DNA from: Paramoeba atlantica
Taxonomy: Eukaryota > Protista > Discosea
DNA length: 64,000 bases
Assembly (NCBI GenBank): GCA_977017575.1
Contig: CDRNVI010000025.1
Coordinates: 124,001-188,000, forward strand
Reading direction: 5' to 3'
The stretch's first letter is position 1; every line of letters begins with the position of its first letter. This document shows positions 10,709 to 22,347 of the stretch, piece after piece. Under the pieces are notes generated by a model that was not told where the DNA came from, ran no database searches, and worked only from the letters and a program-made list of their open reading frames with translations. The position numbers were made by a program, and so were the translations under genes.

Positions 10709-11162
10709 AAGAAGGATGTTCCGTCAGATCTCCGGGAAGAAACAAAGTAACCGACCAGCCCCAAGTAATCGTTAGGGGTGTTCAAGTGCCCACAAGAGCG
10801 TCCCCTCACTCTGCCTTATTGCATTTTTGATCAGAATGTTAGTTTTGTGCGCGACCTACCATGGGATACGTTTCGATAGAGTGAATTGGTATGCCATGTT
10901 ACTAAAGAAATATGGTGGAACAAGTTAATAAAATTATGCGCTCAGAGACGCTGAAAATAGTTGTACGAATACGAAAATCACTTGAAAACGTTTGAAAACT
11001 CATTGTGAGCAATTTCGAAAAAAAATCAATTTTTCGCCAAATATTTATCTCTACCCCCACTTCCGTCCAAAAAAAATCCCTCCCCAGAAAAAATCCCCAA
11101 ACTTTTGTCTCTATTAAAGGGGGGATGAGGGGGGGTCTCTATTAAAGGGGGGGATCACAGTA

Positions 11163-11258
11163 CTGTACCCCCCCTAGTTTTCTGTCACTACTTTTGGTCA
11201 AAAGGTGACAGATAACTAGGCTGACCAGTGTGCGACAGATAACTAGGGGGCAGGTCAC
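11163..11258. mobile_element. Short MITE-like element (CTGTACCCCCCCTAGTT(A/T)TCTGTCAC ends)
   Basis: Imperfect inverted ends; the same end motif occurs at ~2000-2053 followed by TA. Confidence 0.45.
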
Positions 11259-12050
11259 AAAAAAAGTGAGAGCATGGAATTGCAGAAACGGTATCTTTAT
11301 CGCCTAAGAAAAATCCTTTCTACCCCAATGGGGTACTGTGTCACCCCCACTTGCATGTATAGTGCCGCGGGGTACCCCCCACTTATAGTGCCGTTTAGAA
11401 AAAAAAATTGTCCGAAAAAAATTTGACCAATCTTTTTTTGACCAAAAAAGTAGAGTACACATTGTGTAAATTTCTAATATTTTCATTTATGGAAATCACT
11501 GAAACTTTATTATTAGTTCCCCTCATCCTGTCAATGACTGTCGATTCTCCCGAGAACGAGACGCCGGACAAAGCGCACACTCCTGGATCGGCGATTTCAG
11601 GTCCTTTGGGGCGCTGGTTTACGGTTATTCCGTCAGCGCCGAGAATTGGTCCCCCGGTGGCCAGCCGTCCTCCCACCAACACACTTGGTTCTCTTCCCAT
11701 CAGCACACCTAGGACCTCTAGAGTGTGTTTGACTATGCAAGAAAAGTTGAATGCGTGTCTGAGCGAATTGGACACAAAAAAGCTGAACGAAAATATCGGA
11801 TCACTTTAATAACTTTCCGAAGTATTACAGGTAAAAGAAACGGTGCCTCTTTTTATTACACCCCAGCCAAATTTTATTGTCGCTAATATTCATGGTACAA
11901 AAATTATTGAATTTTTAATTAAAAATTGTAGTTTTTTGTCTGCGTTTTATTTATTATTTATTTTTCGTCAACCATTCGAGATGGTCAACGAGGGCCATTT
12001 TTTGTGATTCATCATTCTACGCAACATTAGCTGCATTTCTTTAATACGTG

Positions 12051-12607
12051 CTTATTGTACCTCCTAGGTATAATAAGTGTCCCTAGGGTCCTTATTATAC
12101 CTCCCCCCCTACCGCATCAGAGGCAGGTACAGAACTTACAGGACCGTAAATTTGGATGTGGGGGGGGGTCTAAAATTTGTAAAACTTGGCCCATTTTGGA
12201 AAGTTATAGCGCATTCGAGAGCTCTCGAACAGGGCTCATGAACGTACAGGCACGGAATCTGTGTTATTTGGATTTTCCAATGCACATATAACACTATGTT
12301 TTTTGGTAGACAAAATCTTGCATTTTTCACAGTTTTTCTGATTCCCCTCCTGATTTATGCCACAAGAACGGGATTACGGACGATCACCCTAACATAAACA
12401 CTCCGAAAGGGTTAAATCTTCGCCTGGACACGTAAACCCCCACACTCGCACACATTTCCCCAGGGATCTACAGGCGCAAGAGGGAAAGTTTCCAATGGAT
12501 CATAACATGTTGTGGGCAATATGAAAAAGCACGATTTTTTTTACCCTTTTTGCAAAGCAAAGTTATTATACCTAGGGACACTTATTATACCTCCTAGGTA
12601 TAATAAC
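12051..12607. repeat. Inverted-repeat-bounded MITE-like segment
   Basis: GGTATAATAAGTGTCCCTAGG (12067-12087) is perfectly inverted at 12571-12591. Interior carries the CAGGGGTG-family subterminal motif at ~12160-12230. Confidence 0.45.
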
Positions 12608-12984
12608 CCGGACGGTGGTTTAGTATTAAAATCTCTATTTGTTTCTATCCTCTCATCGTATCTAAGGGTTTCTGTCGTTTGCCGTGGTGTCGCGAGCATG
12701 CAATGATGATGATGATGATGGTGGGTGCAATGTTAATAACATGCATAGCTGCTGTAATAGTTATTACAGCATTTGTGATAATAATTATTAATCTCTCTAA
12801 TGTAGTGTTTACATCTTCTCTAATGTAGGTACATTAGAGTTGAAGGCGCATGGATTGGACAAAAAAATACTGTTCTAATATGGATACTGACATCTCTCCT
12901 CAAGAACATGAAGTACTAAATGTCGACAACATAATTATTGAATCCGATGATGTCGTGGAAGAATTCTCCTTTGAGGCCGACACC

Positions 12985-13080
12985 GAAGAAGAAGAAGAAG
13001 AAGAAGAAGAAGAAGAAGAAGAAGAAGAAGAAGAAGAAGAAGAAGAAGAAGAAGAAGAAGAAGAAGAAGAAGAAGAAGAA
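12985..13080 (+). repeat. (GAA)32 microsatellite
   Basis: Pure GAA run; produces the poly-E and poly-S ORFs in the track. Confidence 0.95.
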
Positions 13081-13333
13081 GAGGGCCGACCAAGTGAAGA
13101 AGAGATCACTTTAATAAAGCGAATACGAATTATTTAAAGGGCGACATAGAAGAAGAGGAAGGCTTATATCACTTCAAAAAAGTGCTTTTGGATTCTCATT
13201 TTTTGGGTTATATTCAAGTTGAACGTTCACATCAGAAGTTAAAGCCCCATTCTCATTTTACCATTGCATTCTCATTTTTACCAATTGAACGTTGACAGCC
13301 CAATTCTCATTTTTAGTGACTCTCAGAATAGTG

Positions 13334-13666
13334 TTGTTGTTGTTGCTACGGCCCGTTTACCTGCGTCAGGTGTGGGCTCCTACTTCCCGCGTAGGTCGCG
13401 GTGCAGATGATGATGCTCGAAGCATCAGTATCGACGTGAGAGGAGAGTTCGACCAGCTCTCTTCCATCACCAGAACGGCAATGGGCCCTCGACCACAGAA
13501 GATACGCACCTGACTTTATCTTCCTCTAGAGGAAGCCAATAAATAATACAATGGTGTTGTCAACCTTTCAGGAATTGCTTCCCTACAGATTGTTGGTCGC
13601 GCACCAAGGAGCTCGAGGTGAGGTTCGCTGGGCCCCAACATCGCCTAACTTGGCGATGCCCCTGAC
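13334..13666 (-). mobile_element. SINE-like retroposon with (CAA)n tail and 12-bp TSD
   Basis: CTCAGAATAGTG at 13322-13333 and 13667-13678; (TTG)4 adjoins the left TSD. Confidence 0.75.
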
Positions 13667-14189
13667 CTCAGAATAGTGACTTTTACTTTAATCAAAATTC
13701 TTGAGGAGTGAATATATTAAACCCCTTAACTGGTATATACCAGCTTTGTTGTTGTGTTGTTGTATCCTCCAACAAAAGAAGTCGGTGGAATCTCCCTTTT
13801 TTTCCCCCAAATTTCTTTTCTAAAAAAAATACTTCAATGTTTTTTCGAGTTCAGCGATTTTACAATCCTTCTATATTGGTATTGACGAAAGAGAAGACTT
13901 TGACTTATTTTCACCAAGACATTCGGGGACATTTATAGAAAATAAGAGTTCTAGGGCTCAAATTGTGGCACACCAGGTTGGCAAAAGGTGTGACACACTT
14001 ATAGAGTTCGGTGGGGTATCGATACTGTATGGCAATACATGAACGAGCGAAATGGGAAATTGAAAGCACGAATGGCCTTTATTTCAGCCTCAGAAGATGA
14101 GCAGATGAAATACAAGTAACTAATTTTAGTATTTGGTGTGCCCTTCAAAACTTCAAAAAAAAAATCGGGGAAAAAAGGGGAGATTTGAC

Positions 14190-14869
14190 CAAAGAAGTCA
14201 ATTATTATCCCGAATGGGAGACCGCCGCGAGACTCCGGTACCTGGTGGCCCCCACCTCCGAACCTGAAATCCAATGCGTGTGTGGCGCAGCCCTCAGAAA
14301 TGAGGATTTCTGTGTTCACGCCATGGATTGTAAGAAGGTTCGGGGAAAGACCCAAGCCTCCCGCCACAAGGGAGTCAAGGAGACGTTCCGGAACCTACTG
14401 ATCCAGTATGGGTTCACCCCGGATCTGGTCGAACCTAGGTTTGACAACGGACGGGGACCGGACATCCGTTTTCTCCTGGGGAAGAGGCTGGTTCTAGTGG
14501 ACGTGACGGTGGTGAACCCACTGGCACCGTCTTACGTGGAAAAGGGGGCAGCGGAGCCCTCCTTCACCATGAAAACCTCCTTACACCTAAAACGGCGTAC
14601 TCACGAAGAGATGGCGGGGGCCAGGGGGGTGGACTTCTTCCCTTTGGCTTTGACCACCTATGGTGTCCCCGGCCCCGAGACCCTCCAGTTTCTAAATCTG
14701 GTAGCTCGGAAGGTCACCGGGCACAAAAAATGGTTGCCTAAGCCATTTCATAATGGCCTTGGGAGTAGCCATACAGAAGGGGAACGCCCAGATAGCGCAC
14801 GCCGCGGTACAAAATTGGTACCGAAGGGGTGTGCGCTAACTGGGCTGTGGGGAATGAGGAGAAAAAAAA
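14190..14869 (+). mobile_element. 3' fragment of a CRE-clade non-LTR retrotransposon (Cys/His knuckle + restriction-like endonuclease)
   Basis: CVCG...HAMDC...RH, GPDI, VDVTVVNP, FFPLALTTYG. The natural end GVAIQKGNAQIAHAA...VR* lies in a shifted frame and is followed by an A-run at ~14862-14869. Confidence 0.8.
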
Positions 14870-17840
14870 GTAGCAACACACCTACACCCACGCCAAAAGT
14901 ACATGATTTACCCCCTGACATCGTTAGCAACATCGTAGACCGTTTACCTTCACTCGCCACGGTGTGCATTACCCCAATTAATACCTGCAGAAATGTTCCG
15001 TATCGATGCCGACAACTGTGGGCCGCCGTGCTTACAGACGCGCTTTACAAGGCAACGAAAGAAAACACCACATCCGCCTGGACCCTTTTGGCCATGCTGC
15101 CGAAATGCGTTCTTCCCGCCCACCGTGGAGGTCGAAAGGGGCACAAATCTTACTTTAATCACGTCAGAGATTCGCTCCACCGCTGGCAGGCCGGTGATTA
15201 TACCTCACTCTGGGAAAACTCAGTTTGTGACCTCCATAAGAAACGATCAGCTCCTACTCACGGTGGAATGACGCAAGTTCGGGCAGAACTCCTGGCACGA
15301 CAAGGTGATCTTTCCCGAGCGATGACCGCCCTCACCGCGTCCCCGTTGGCTTCAGATAATCCTGAAACTCTCGCCAAGCTTCAGAAAAAACACCCCGCCC
15401 CCCTCCCCCAGTTTTACAAATCACGCCCGTCTCAACAGAGGCTCAAGAACCCCTACAAATCACCGAAACGGATCTCGAGCCTCTCGTCAAAACTTTCCGC
15501 CGGGGATCGTCAGGTGCAACTATGGGGCTCCGACCAGAGCTCCTCCAAAAGGCTTTGCTTGTAAATGTTGACTCGAAAGTTAAACCGCTGGCTGCTCTTA
15601 CTGATCTCATCAACCTCCTCCTCGCAGGCAAGGCTAACCCTGAATCCCACAAATTTTTCTCCGGAGCTCGCCTCTGCGCACTACAGAAGGGCGAACGCGA
15701 CGTCCGTCCGATAGCTGTCAGCGAAACCATTCGCCGCCTGGCAATTAAAGCTGCATGTGCCGTAAGAAAAACTAACGCTAGCCAGCTTTTCCAAGGCCAA
15801 CAGTACGGAGTCGCCACCGCCGCCGGCGCTGAGCGCATGATCCACCTCTGTCGACAGACAGTGTCCAAACACGCTGAAGACCCGGATTTCGTCTTATGTA
15901 AGGTCGATCTCTCGAACGCTTTCAATAATGTCTCGAGATCCGCCTTTCTCTCCATGGCGCGTGAACACTTTCCCTGCATCTTAAATGGGTAGAGTGGTGC
16001 TACAAAGACAATAGCTATCTTACATTCGGGTCGCATACACTGCACTCTGTAGAAGGCGTACAGCAAGGTGATCCTTTGGGGCCGCTCCTTTTCTCCCTCA
16101 CCATACACTACCTGGCACAGATAATCGACGCGGAACTTCCTGAAGATCTGCTATTGCACGTCTGGTACCTCGATGACGGGGTCCTAGCCGGCAAGGCGTC
16201 ACATGTCAAACAAGCCCTTGACATCATCGAGCGCGAAGGAAAGCAACTTGGTCTCCTCCTAAATGTACACAAGTGCGAGTTGGTCTTGCACCCAGCATCC
16301 GCACACTGCAGCTCTCATTTCCCACACATCCCGCAAGAACGAATACACCCTGAAGGCAACTTCAGTATTCTCGGGAGCCCGGTGGGGTCGGAAGAATATT
16401 GCGCCACCTTCCTCCGAGATTACGCTTTAGTTCCCGCGATCTCCACCCTTAGCGCAATAAAAAAGATAACCGATCCACAAATAGCCTTAACGCTCATCCG
16501 CCAATGCTCTGGCTTCTGTCAGCTTGTTTTTTCATTCCGTACAACACCCCCCAAATCCCTGCACGTACTCTGTTCAGATCTCGACAACGCAGTCACACGC
16601 GTTCTCGAGGATGCGATCTGCTCTTTGAATCCCCTCGCGCGCACTCAGGCCCAACGAGGAAAAAATCACGGTGACCTCGGCCTTCGTTCATCATCCCTCT
16701 TCTGTGCCGCTGCATATGTCGCTTCGGTTTCCTTCTCTTCCCGGCATGATAAGTGGATCCCGTCGGATGCAGACGGATTCCGAGAGGCTGCAGCCCAGGT
16801 TAACCACCTGGCAGGCGAGTCGCTCATCGACGTGCACACTGGGTACCTCCAAGCCGATCCTCCTTCGGACGACCTCGCTCCCCCAAACCAACAGTCTCTC
16901 TCACGGGCCATCGCCGCCCATGAATTCCGCCTTGCGTACGAAGCCGCTGACCCGCCAACGCGGGCGAGGTGGCTTTCTCAAAGCGGGGAAGGTGCTGGGA
17001 ATTGGGCGTTCGCCCTCCCATCAAAAGAGCTGGGATACGCTTTCTCTCCGACGGAATTCCGCGCCCTAACCCGTTGGTGGTTAGGGGCTGATATTTACCA
17101 GAACCTTCGCCCTTGCCCGATGGACAAGTGCGAGCAGCCCCTAGAGCCTAATGGTACGCATGCCCTGGTCTGCAAAAGTGGATATGGGCTCATATCCCGG
17201 CATAACGCGCTGGTGGATCACTTCAGCGACGTTTGCTCGAAGGCACACCTCGCCCCGCAACGAGAGGTAAGCCTGGGTAATCGTGGCCTAGGTGGCGGCC
17301 TCACCAGACCAGGAGACGTATTCCTGCCGAACTTTGGCCTAGCTACCGGCTTGGTTTTGGACTTCTGCGTAACCCACGTTCAGCAACCCATATATACGGA
17401 CTCAGTCCGAGGTGCTAACGTCTGGAAAGCGGGATCCTTTGCCGAGCGGTACGCTACGGAACACAAACGTTCGGAGCGCCTGGAGGCCGAGTCCCAAGGG
17501 TATAAGTTCACCGCGATGGCGGTCGAATCCTTCGGGTCTTGGTCGGACAGCACGCAGGGGATTCTCCGAGAGGTCGCCGTGCGTCGCTCAGCGGCTTCGC
17601 AGGGCACTCTTTCGAGAGGAAAGGCATTCCAACGCCTCTTCACGGAAATGAACGTGACCCTGATGCGAGCCGAAGCGCGCATGCTGGTCACCCGGATGCC
17701 CGCTGAGAATTTGCGCCCGTCGCTGCGTATGTGAGGAAGTGAAAAGTAGGAAGTGAAAAGTGGGAAAGTTGGAAAAAAAAGTATAGCAAAGTAAAAAAAC
17801 GTTGTCTTAATAAAAAACGTTGTCTTAATCAAAAAAAAAT
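14870..17840 (+). mobile_element. 5'-truncated CRE/SLACS-clade retrotransposon (RT + REL), frameshifted
   Basis: ORF pieces to 15564, 15522-15992 and 16076-17734: LPKC..RGGRKG, RPIAV.E..RR, VDLSNAFN, QQGDPLGP, WYLDDG, CPMDKC..HALVC..RH, RPGDV, LDFCVTH, MAVESFGSW. A-rich 3' end carries 2x AAAAAACGTTGTCTTAAT. Confidence 0.92.
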
Positions 17841-17843
17841 ATT

Positions 17844-17878
17844 TTTAACGATAAAGATACAGTTTCTGTACCTTGTTG
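17844..17878 (+). ncRNA. Spliced-leader exon copy (35 nt) at the 5' end of a CRE-like element
   Basis: TTTAACGATAAAGATACAGTTTCTGTACCTTGTTG. Shares the CAGTTTCTGTAC core and terminal TTG with trypanosomatid SL exons; not followed by a GT donor. Confidence 0.85.
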
Positions 17879-20800
17879 GATTATTTTTCCTTTCTTTAGT
17901 TACTCCCCGGGGCTTAGCGTCCTTCCCCATGACAAGCGATCAAAGTCTTCGACCTCGCGCAAGCCTAGACAAAAATCCGCCTTTACCCCACAGAATGACT
18001 AACACAAACGAAGGTAAGCTCAGCGAAGGCACTTTCACCGATGAAGAGCGTTCCCACCGACTCGGCAGTTGGGACCAGTTTGAGGGGAACAAACACTTGA
18101 TCTCCACCGCAAGTACATACAACGAGCAACTTTATACCACGCCGATCCCCACGGATATTCCCGCGGAATGGATGGATCACGCGCGCCAAATTGCACAGGA
18201 GAGGGAAACTCCAGACACAGGCCATACTGCGGCAGAAAACGAGGAAATGCAACACTGTGGGGTAAGACGGCAGAGCACAACTCACGAGAACGTATCTGCA
18301 TCACGGACTCCCGACAAAGCATTGAAGCTCAATACCGTAGTACAGGACGTTTCTCCCCGTCTGTTACACAACACTTCTCCCTCGAAAGGACCCACGAAGA
18401 CGGACACGAGGCATTCTAAACGAACACCGGCGACAGGGAAAAGCCCTCCCTCACCTCCCCCAGCTGAGGCCAAGGACTCATCAACCGAAATTACAAAAAA
18501 CAGAGAAGAATTCCGAGAATGCCCGGCGATGGGATGCACTTGGCGGAGCCCGGCGCACGGGGTATCGTGGCAAGCGTTTTATAACCACGCCGCCTGTCGC
18601 CACGGTAGCAGCATCCCTGCCGCCTGGTGGACTACAGAAGGTAGATTCTTGTGTGCCTCATGCGGGCGCTCTTACGACGTGAATAAAAGGGAAACACACC
18701 CACAGTCCTGCAAGGGAAAGATGATAACCCCTCAAAGCCCATCACACATGTCACACCCAAGCGACGAAAGCCACCCCCCATAACTCAGATGCATCAACCC
18801 GAGCTTCCCTCGTTGGCCTCTATTTCCCAGACACACTTGAGCACTTGCAAAGAGGTCTCCGCCGGATGCCTCTTTGGGGAGAAATCTTAACAAAAACGGC
18901 CGAAAACGCAGTCAAGGAAAACTCCCCCGCCGCGCGGACATATTCGCTGTGCTCCCGAAATGTCTCCTACCAGCTCCGCACCGAGGAGGGCGCAAGAATC
19001 ACACAACATACGCATCATTCGTCGAAAAGTGCATGAAACGATGGCTGGCGCAAGATTACGTACCCTTGTGGAATGAAACAGTAAACAACCCCCTCAAAAA
19101 GCAATCCGCAACCCCTAACATAGTTCACGATGAGGAGGAAAAAGCTGCTATCCGGTCAGAATTGCTGGTTCGACAAGGAGAGTACTCAAGAGGAATGGCA
19201 GCACTCACGGCTGACCCAATGGCGCCTGACGACGAAGAAACGTATATCAAGCTTCAGAACAAACACCCGTGCCGCCTTTCAGACAGCGACGTCATCGATT
19301 ACACTCCCCCGCCAACAGCGCCCTTGCAGGTAGACGAATCGGTAGTCGCGAAAACTATCAAAAGCTTTCACCGAGGCTCCTCCGCCGGAACCATGGGCCT
19401 ACGCCCAGAACACCTACAAGCAGCACTCTTAGCGCAGGTAGACAACACTACGAAACCTCTCAATGCTATTACAAACCTCGTAAATCACCTTCTAGCCGGT
19501 AAAGCCCCCCTAGAGGTTCAACCGTATTTCGCCGGAGCCAGACTTTGCGCCTTAGAAACGGGCGAAAACGACGTCCGACCCATAGCTGCGGGGGAAACTA
19601 TTCGTCGATTGGTCAGCAAAACCGCGTGCAACTTAGTTAAAGCCAAGGCAAGCGGCATATTCGCAGGGCTACAGTTCGGAGTGGCGACACCAGTCGGAGC
19701 TGAACGCATAATCCACACTTGCCGGCAAGCCATGGCCATCCACACTGATAACCCTGACTTTGTTCTTTGCAAAGTAGACCTAATAAACGCCTTTAACAAC
19801 GTTAGCAGAACTGCCTTCCTGAAGCTTGTAAGCGAGCACTTCCCAGAATTATTCCCATGGGCAAGCTGGTGCTATACCACCACTAGTGCATTGACTTACC
19901 GAACCCACACGCTCCTATCGGACGAAGGTGTCCAACAAGGGGACCCCCTCGGACCTCTTTTCTTCTCCCTGGTCGCTCTGGAATTAGCAAACGAAATCAA
20001 TCACCAGGCCGACTTGGACTTACAATTATGGTACCTTGACGACGGGGTTCTCATGGGCAAGGCCCAAGACACCAGAAATGCACTGGACACGATCGCCAGG
20101 GTAGGCCCTCGCTGGGGCTTGCATTTGAACATGTCGAAGTGTGAAATCATTGCCTCCCCTGCCTCGGCTAACGTGATAAATTTGTTCCCCGACATACCGG
20201 ACACCAAAATCAACGTACGTGGTGACTTTAGCGTTTTAGGAAGTCCGATCGGATCCCCAGAGTGTTGCTCCGAATACCTGACAACGCATGCCATTGAACC
20301 AGCAGAAACGGCGTTAGAAGCCATAACTAGAATCAAAGACCCACAGGTTTCAATGGCGCTTATTCGGCAAATGTGCCGGGTTCTGTAAAATGGTCCACGC
20401 CCTCCGCACGACCCCACCACAATCACTTACACATTTATGCGAGCGTCTGGATGATTTTCTCATGCACGCGGTAGAGTCATGTTTATGCCCCTTGCCTCCC
20501 TCTGCCTTGCCTCCCCTTGCCATCCCTTCCCTTCCACACGATCGCCCCCCCTTGTCACCCGATGATCTCCCCCCTACGTCATACCCACTGTACGCAACGG
20601 AGGATTGTTTCGACGCGAAGCCGCCGGACTGGGCGAAAAAGGGTATCCCCCGCCAAAGGGACATAAGCCATGCGATTTCGGCTACGGAATTTTCGCGAGC
20701 CTACGAAAAGGCTGACGCCAGGACTCTCGCACGCTGGGTTTCCCAGAGCGGGAAAGGGGCCAATAGCTGGGCTTTCGTAACGCCATCCAAAGACACAGGT

Positions 20801-21657
20801 CACGCCTTCACCCCAACAGAATTCCGTACCTTGTCCCGCTGGTGGTTGGGGGTACCAGTCTACGGGGAAGAATCAACATGCCCCAGGGAGAACTGCACGC
20901 TCCCCCTTGACATACACGGAGATCATGCTCTCACGTGTAAGCATGGGGAAGGTATCACCCGGCGACACCACTCGTTAGCCGATCAGTTTGCCGCCACCTG
21001 CAGCCAGGCCCACCTAGCACCCCAGCGCGAGAAAAGCCGCGGGAATAGGGGCCCAGGGGGTGCCTTGACCAGACCGGGGGACGTCTTCCTGCCGAGCCTC
21101 TTCCTTGGAAAAGCTATAGTGCTTGACTTCGCGGTCACTCACGCCCAGCAATCAAAATACACGGACACAGTCCGAAATGCTAGCTGGGTGGCCGCGGGGT
21201 CTTTCGCTGAGCACTACACCTCCGACCAGAAAGCTCGACAGCGCCGTGAATCTGAGTCGGCAGGAAGCGACTTCACAGCAATGGTCGTAGAGAGCTACGG
21301 CTCTTGGAGCTCTAGTGCCTTAGCAGTACTCCGGAAAGTAGGGGAACGTCGGGCCAAAGCGTCCAACGGCATTCTCAGTGACGGAGCTGCTACGCTACAG
21401 CTCCTCACAGACTTGAACATAACGCTGATGCGTCGCCAGGCACGTATGATGATATCAAGAATGCCGGTAGATGACCTTCCCACTCCACTGATCGAGCAAT
21501 AGCTTGGTAACGGAGGAGTAAGTCGTCCCTTGGGAGAATCGTTTCCTGACCACGCCGTTGTCGGCACAGGCCCACGTTTGCGCCCTCGCAAACAGATGGT
21601 CCAGATGCTGGTCGAGTCGACATAGTCTACGCTCACGCCTAGCATTAAATTAAACAC
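17879..21657 (+). mobile_element. Apparently full-length CRE/SLACS-clade retrotransposon (Zn fingers, RT, REL); one long ORF broken by small frameshifts
   Basis: 17929-18783 (CPAMGC..H..H, CASC..H), 18874-20388 (RT: VDLINAFN, VQQGDPLGP, WYLDDG), 20390-21502 (CPRENC..HALTC..RH, RPGDV, LDFAVTH, MVVESYGSW). Confidence 0.92.
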
Positions 21658-22347
21658 ACATCTTCGATGTATGTTTCTGTTTTGGGTGTATTTTGTATTG
21701 GTTTAATATCATTTTTTTTTGAGAAATGTTGTATTCTCTGTTGTGTCTGTTTTTGTATGTGACTTTTTTTCTGTTGTATTTGTTTGTTTTGTATGTACTT
21801 GCTGTTCCTCGGGGGGAGGACACTTTGAAGTCAGGGCTGGGAACCGGTCCCCCGCCCACGAAAATCCGGCGCACGGGGTGCATAATTTGCTTGGCGCGTA
21901 GTTGGATATTCTCCTGGGCTTGCTCTGGGTATTGGCGCTCTAGTGCTGTATGATCTTCCTCGTGTGAACTGTCGTGGAGCATACCTAGTGCGTTGAAAAC
22001 CGCGGCCTGTGTTGTATGTTCCCTGGTTATAGGTTACACTTTGTTCAATTGCATTGCCCAAACGGTCTTGTGGGTCTTTTTGTGTGATATACTGTGATCG
22101 TACGTATCGTGCATCTGCGCCGCGGTATATCCCTTGTAGGATGCGTATTTGGTCTAATGCATTCTGGCCTACACTTTTTTGATGCGTGTTGTCATTGTTA
22201 ATACCGCTTCGTTCCGCGCTGTCGTCGATCCATGACATCAAAATATCCCACAATGCTTGCAGTTGTGCGGACATACGAGAAGGAATGTCAAGCGCCGTTC
22301 GGAGCCGTTGTTTCAATATTTCGATTCCAAGCGGGCCTTGTAATATA

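Larger units (their letters stand above)
8531..11160. mobile_element. Non-autonomous TIR element (CTGTGA(T)CCCCCCCTTTAAT ends, TA-flanked) containing non-coding structured sequences
   Basis: 8531-8549 and rc of 11141-11160 are identical apart from one base; TA at 8529-8530 and 11161-11162; no transposase inside. Confidence 0.6.

Noticed and set aside
12850-13137. Poly-Glu protein (and antisense poly-Ser)
   Set aside because: Explained by the (GAA)32 microsatellite; no domain evidence.
14185-15564. 459-aa ORF suggesting a novel endonuclease-before-RT architecture
   Set aside because: Accidental read-through: a frameshift near 14760 bypasses the natural stop of one CRE 3' fragment and runs across its A-tail into the next truncated element.
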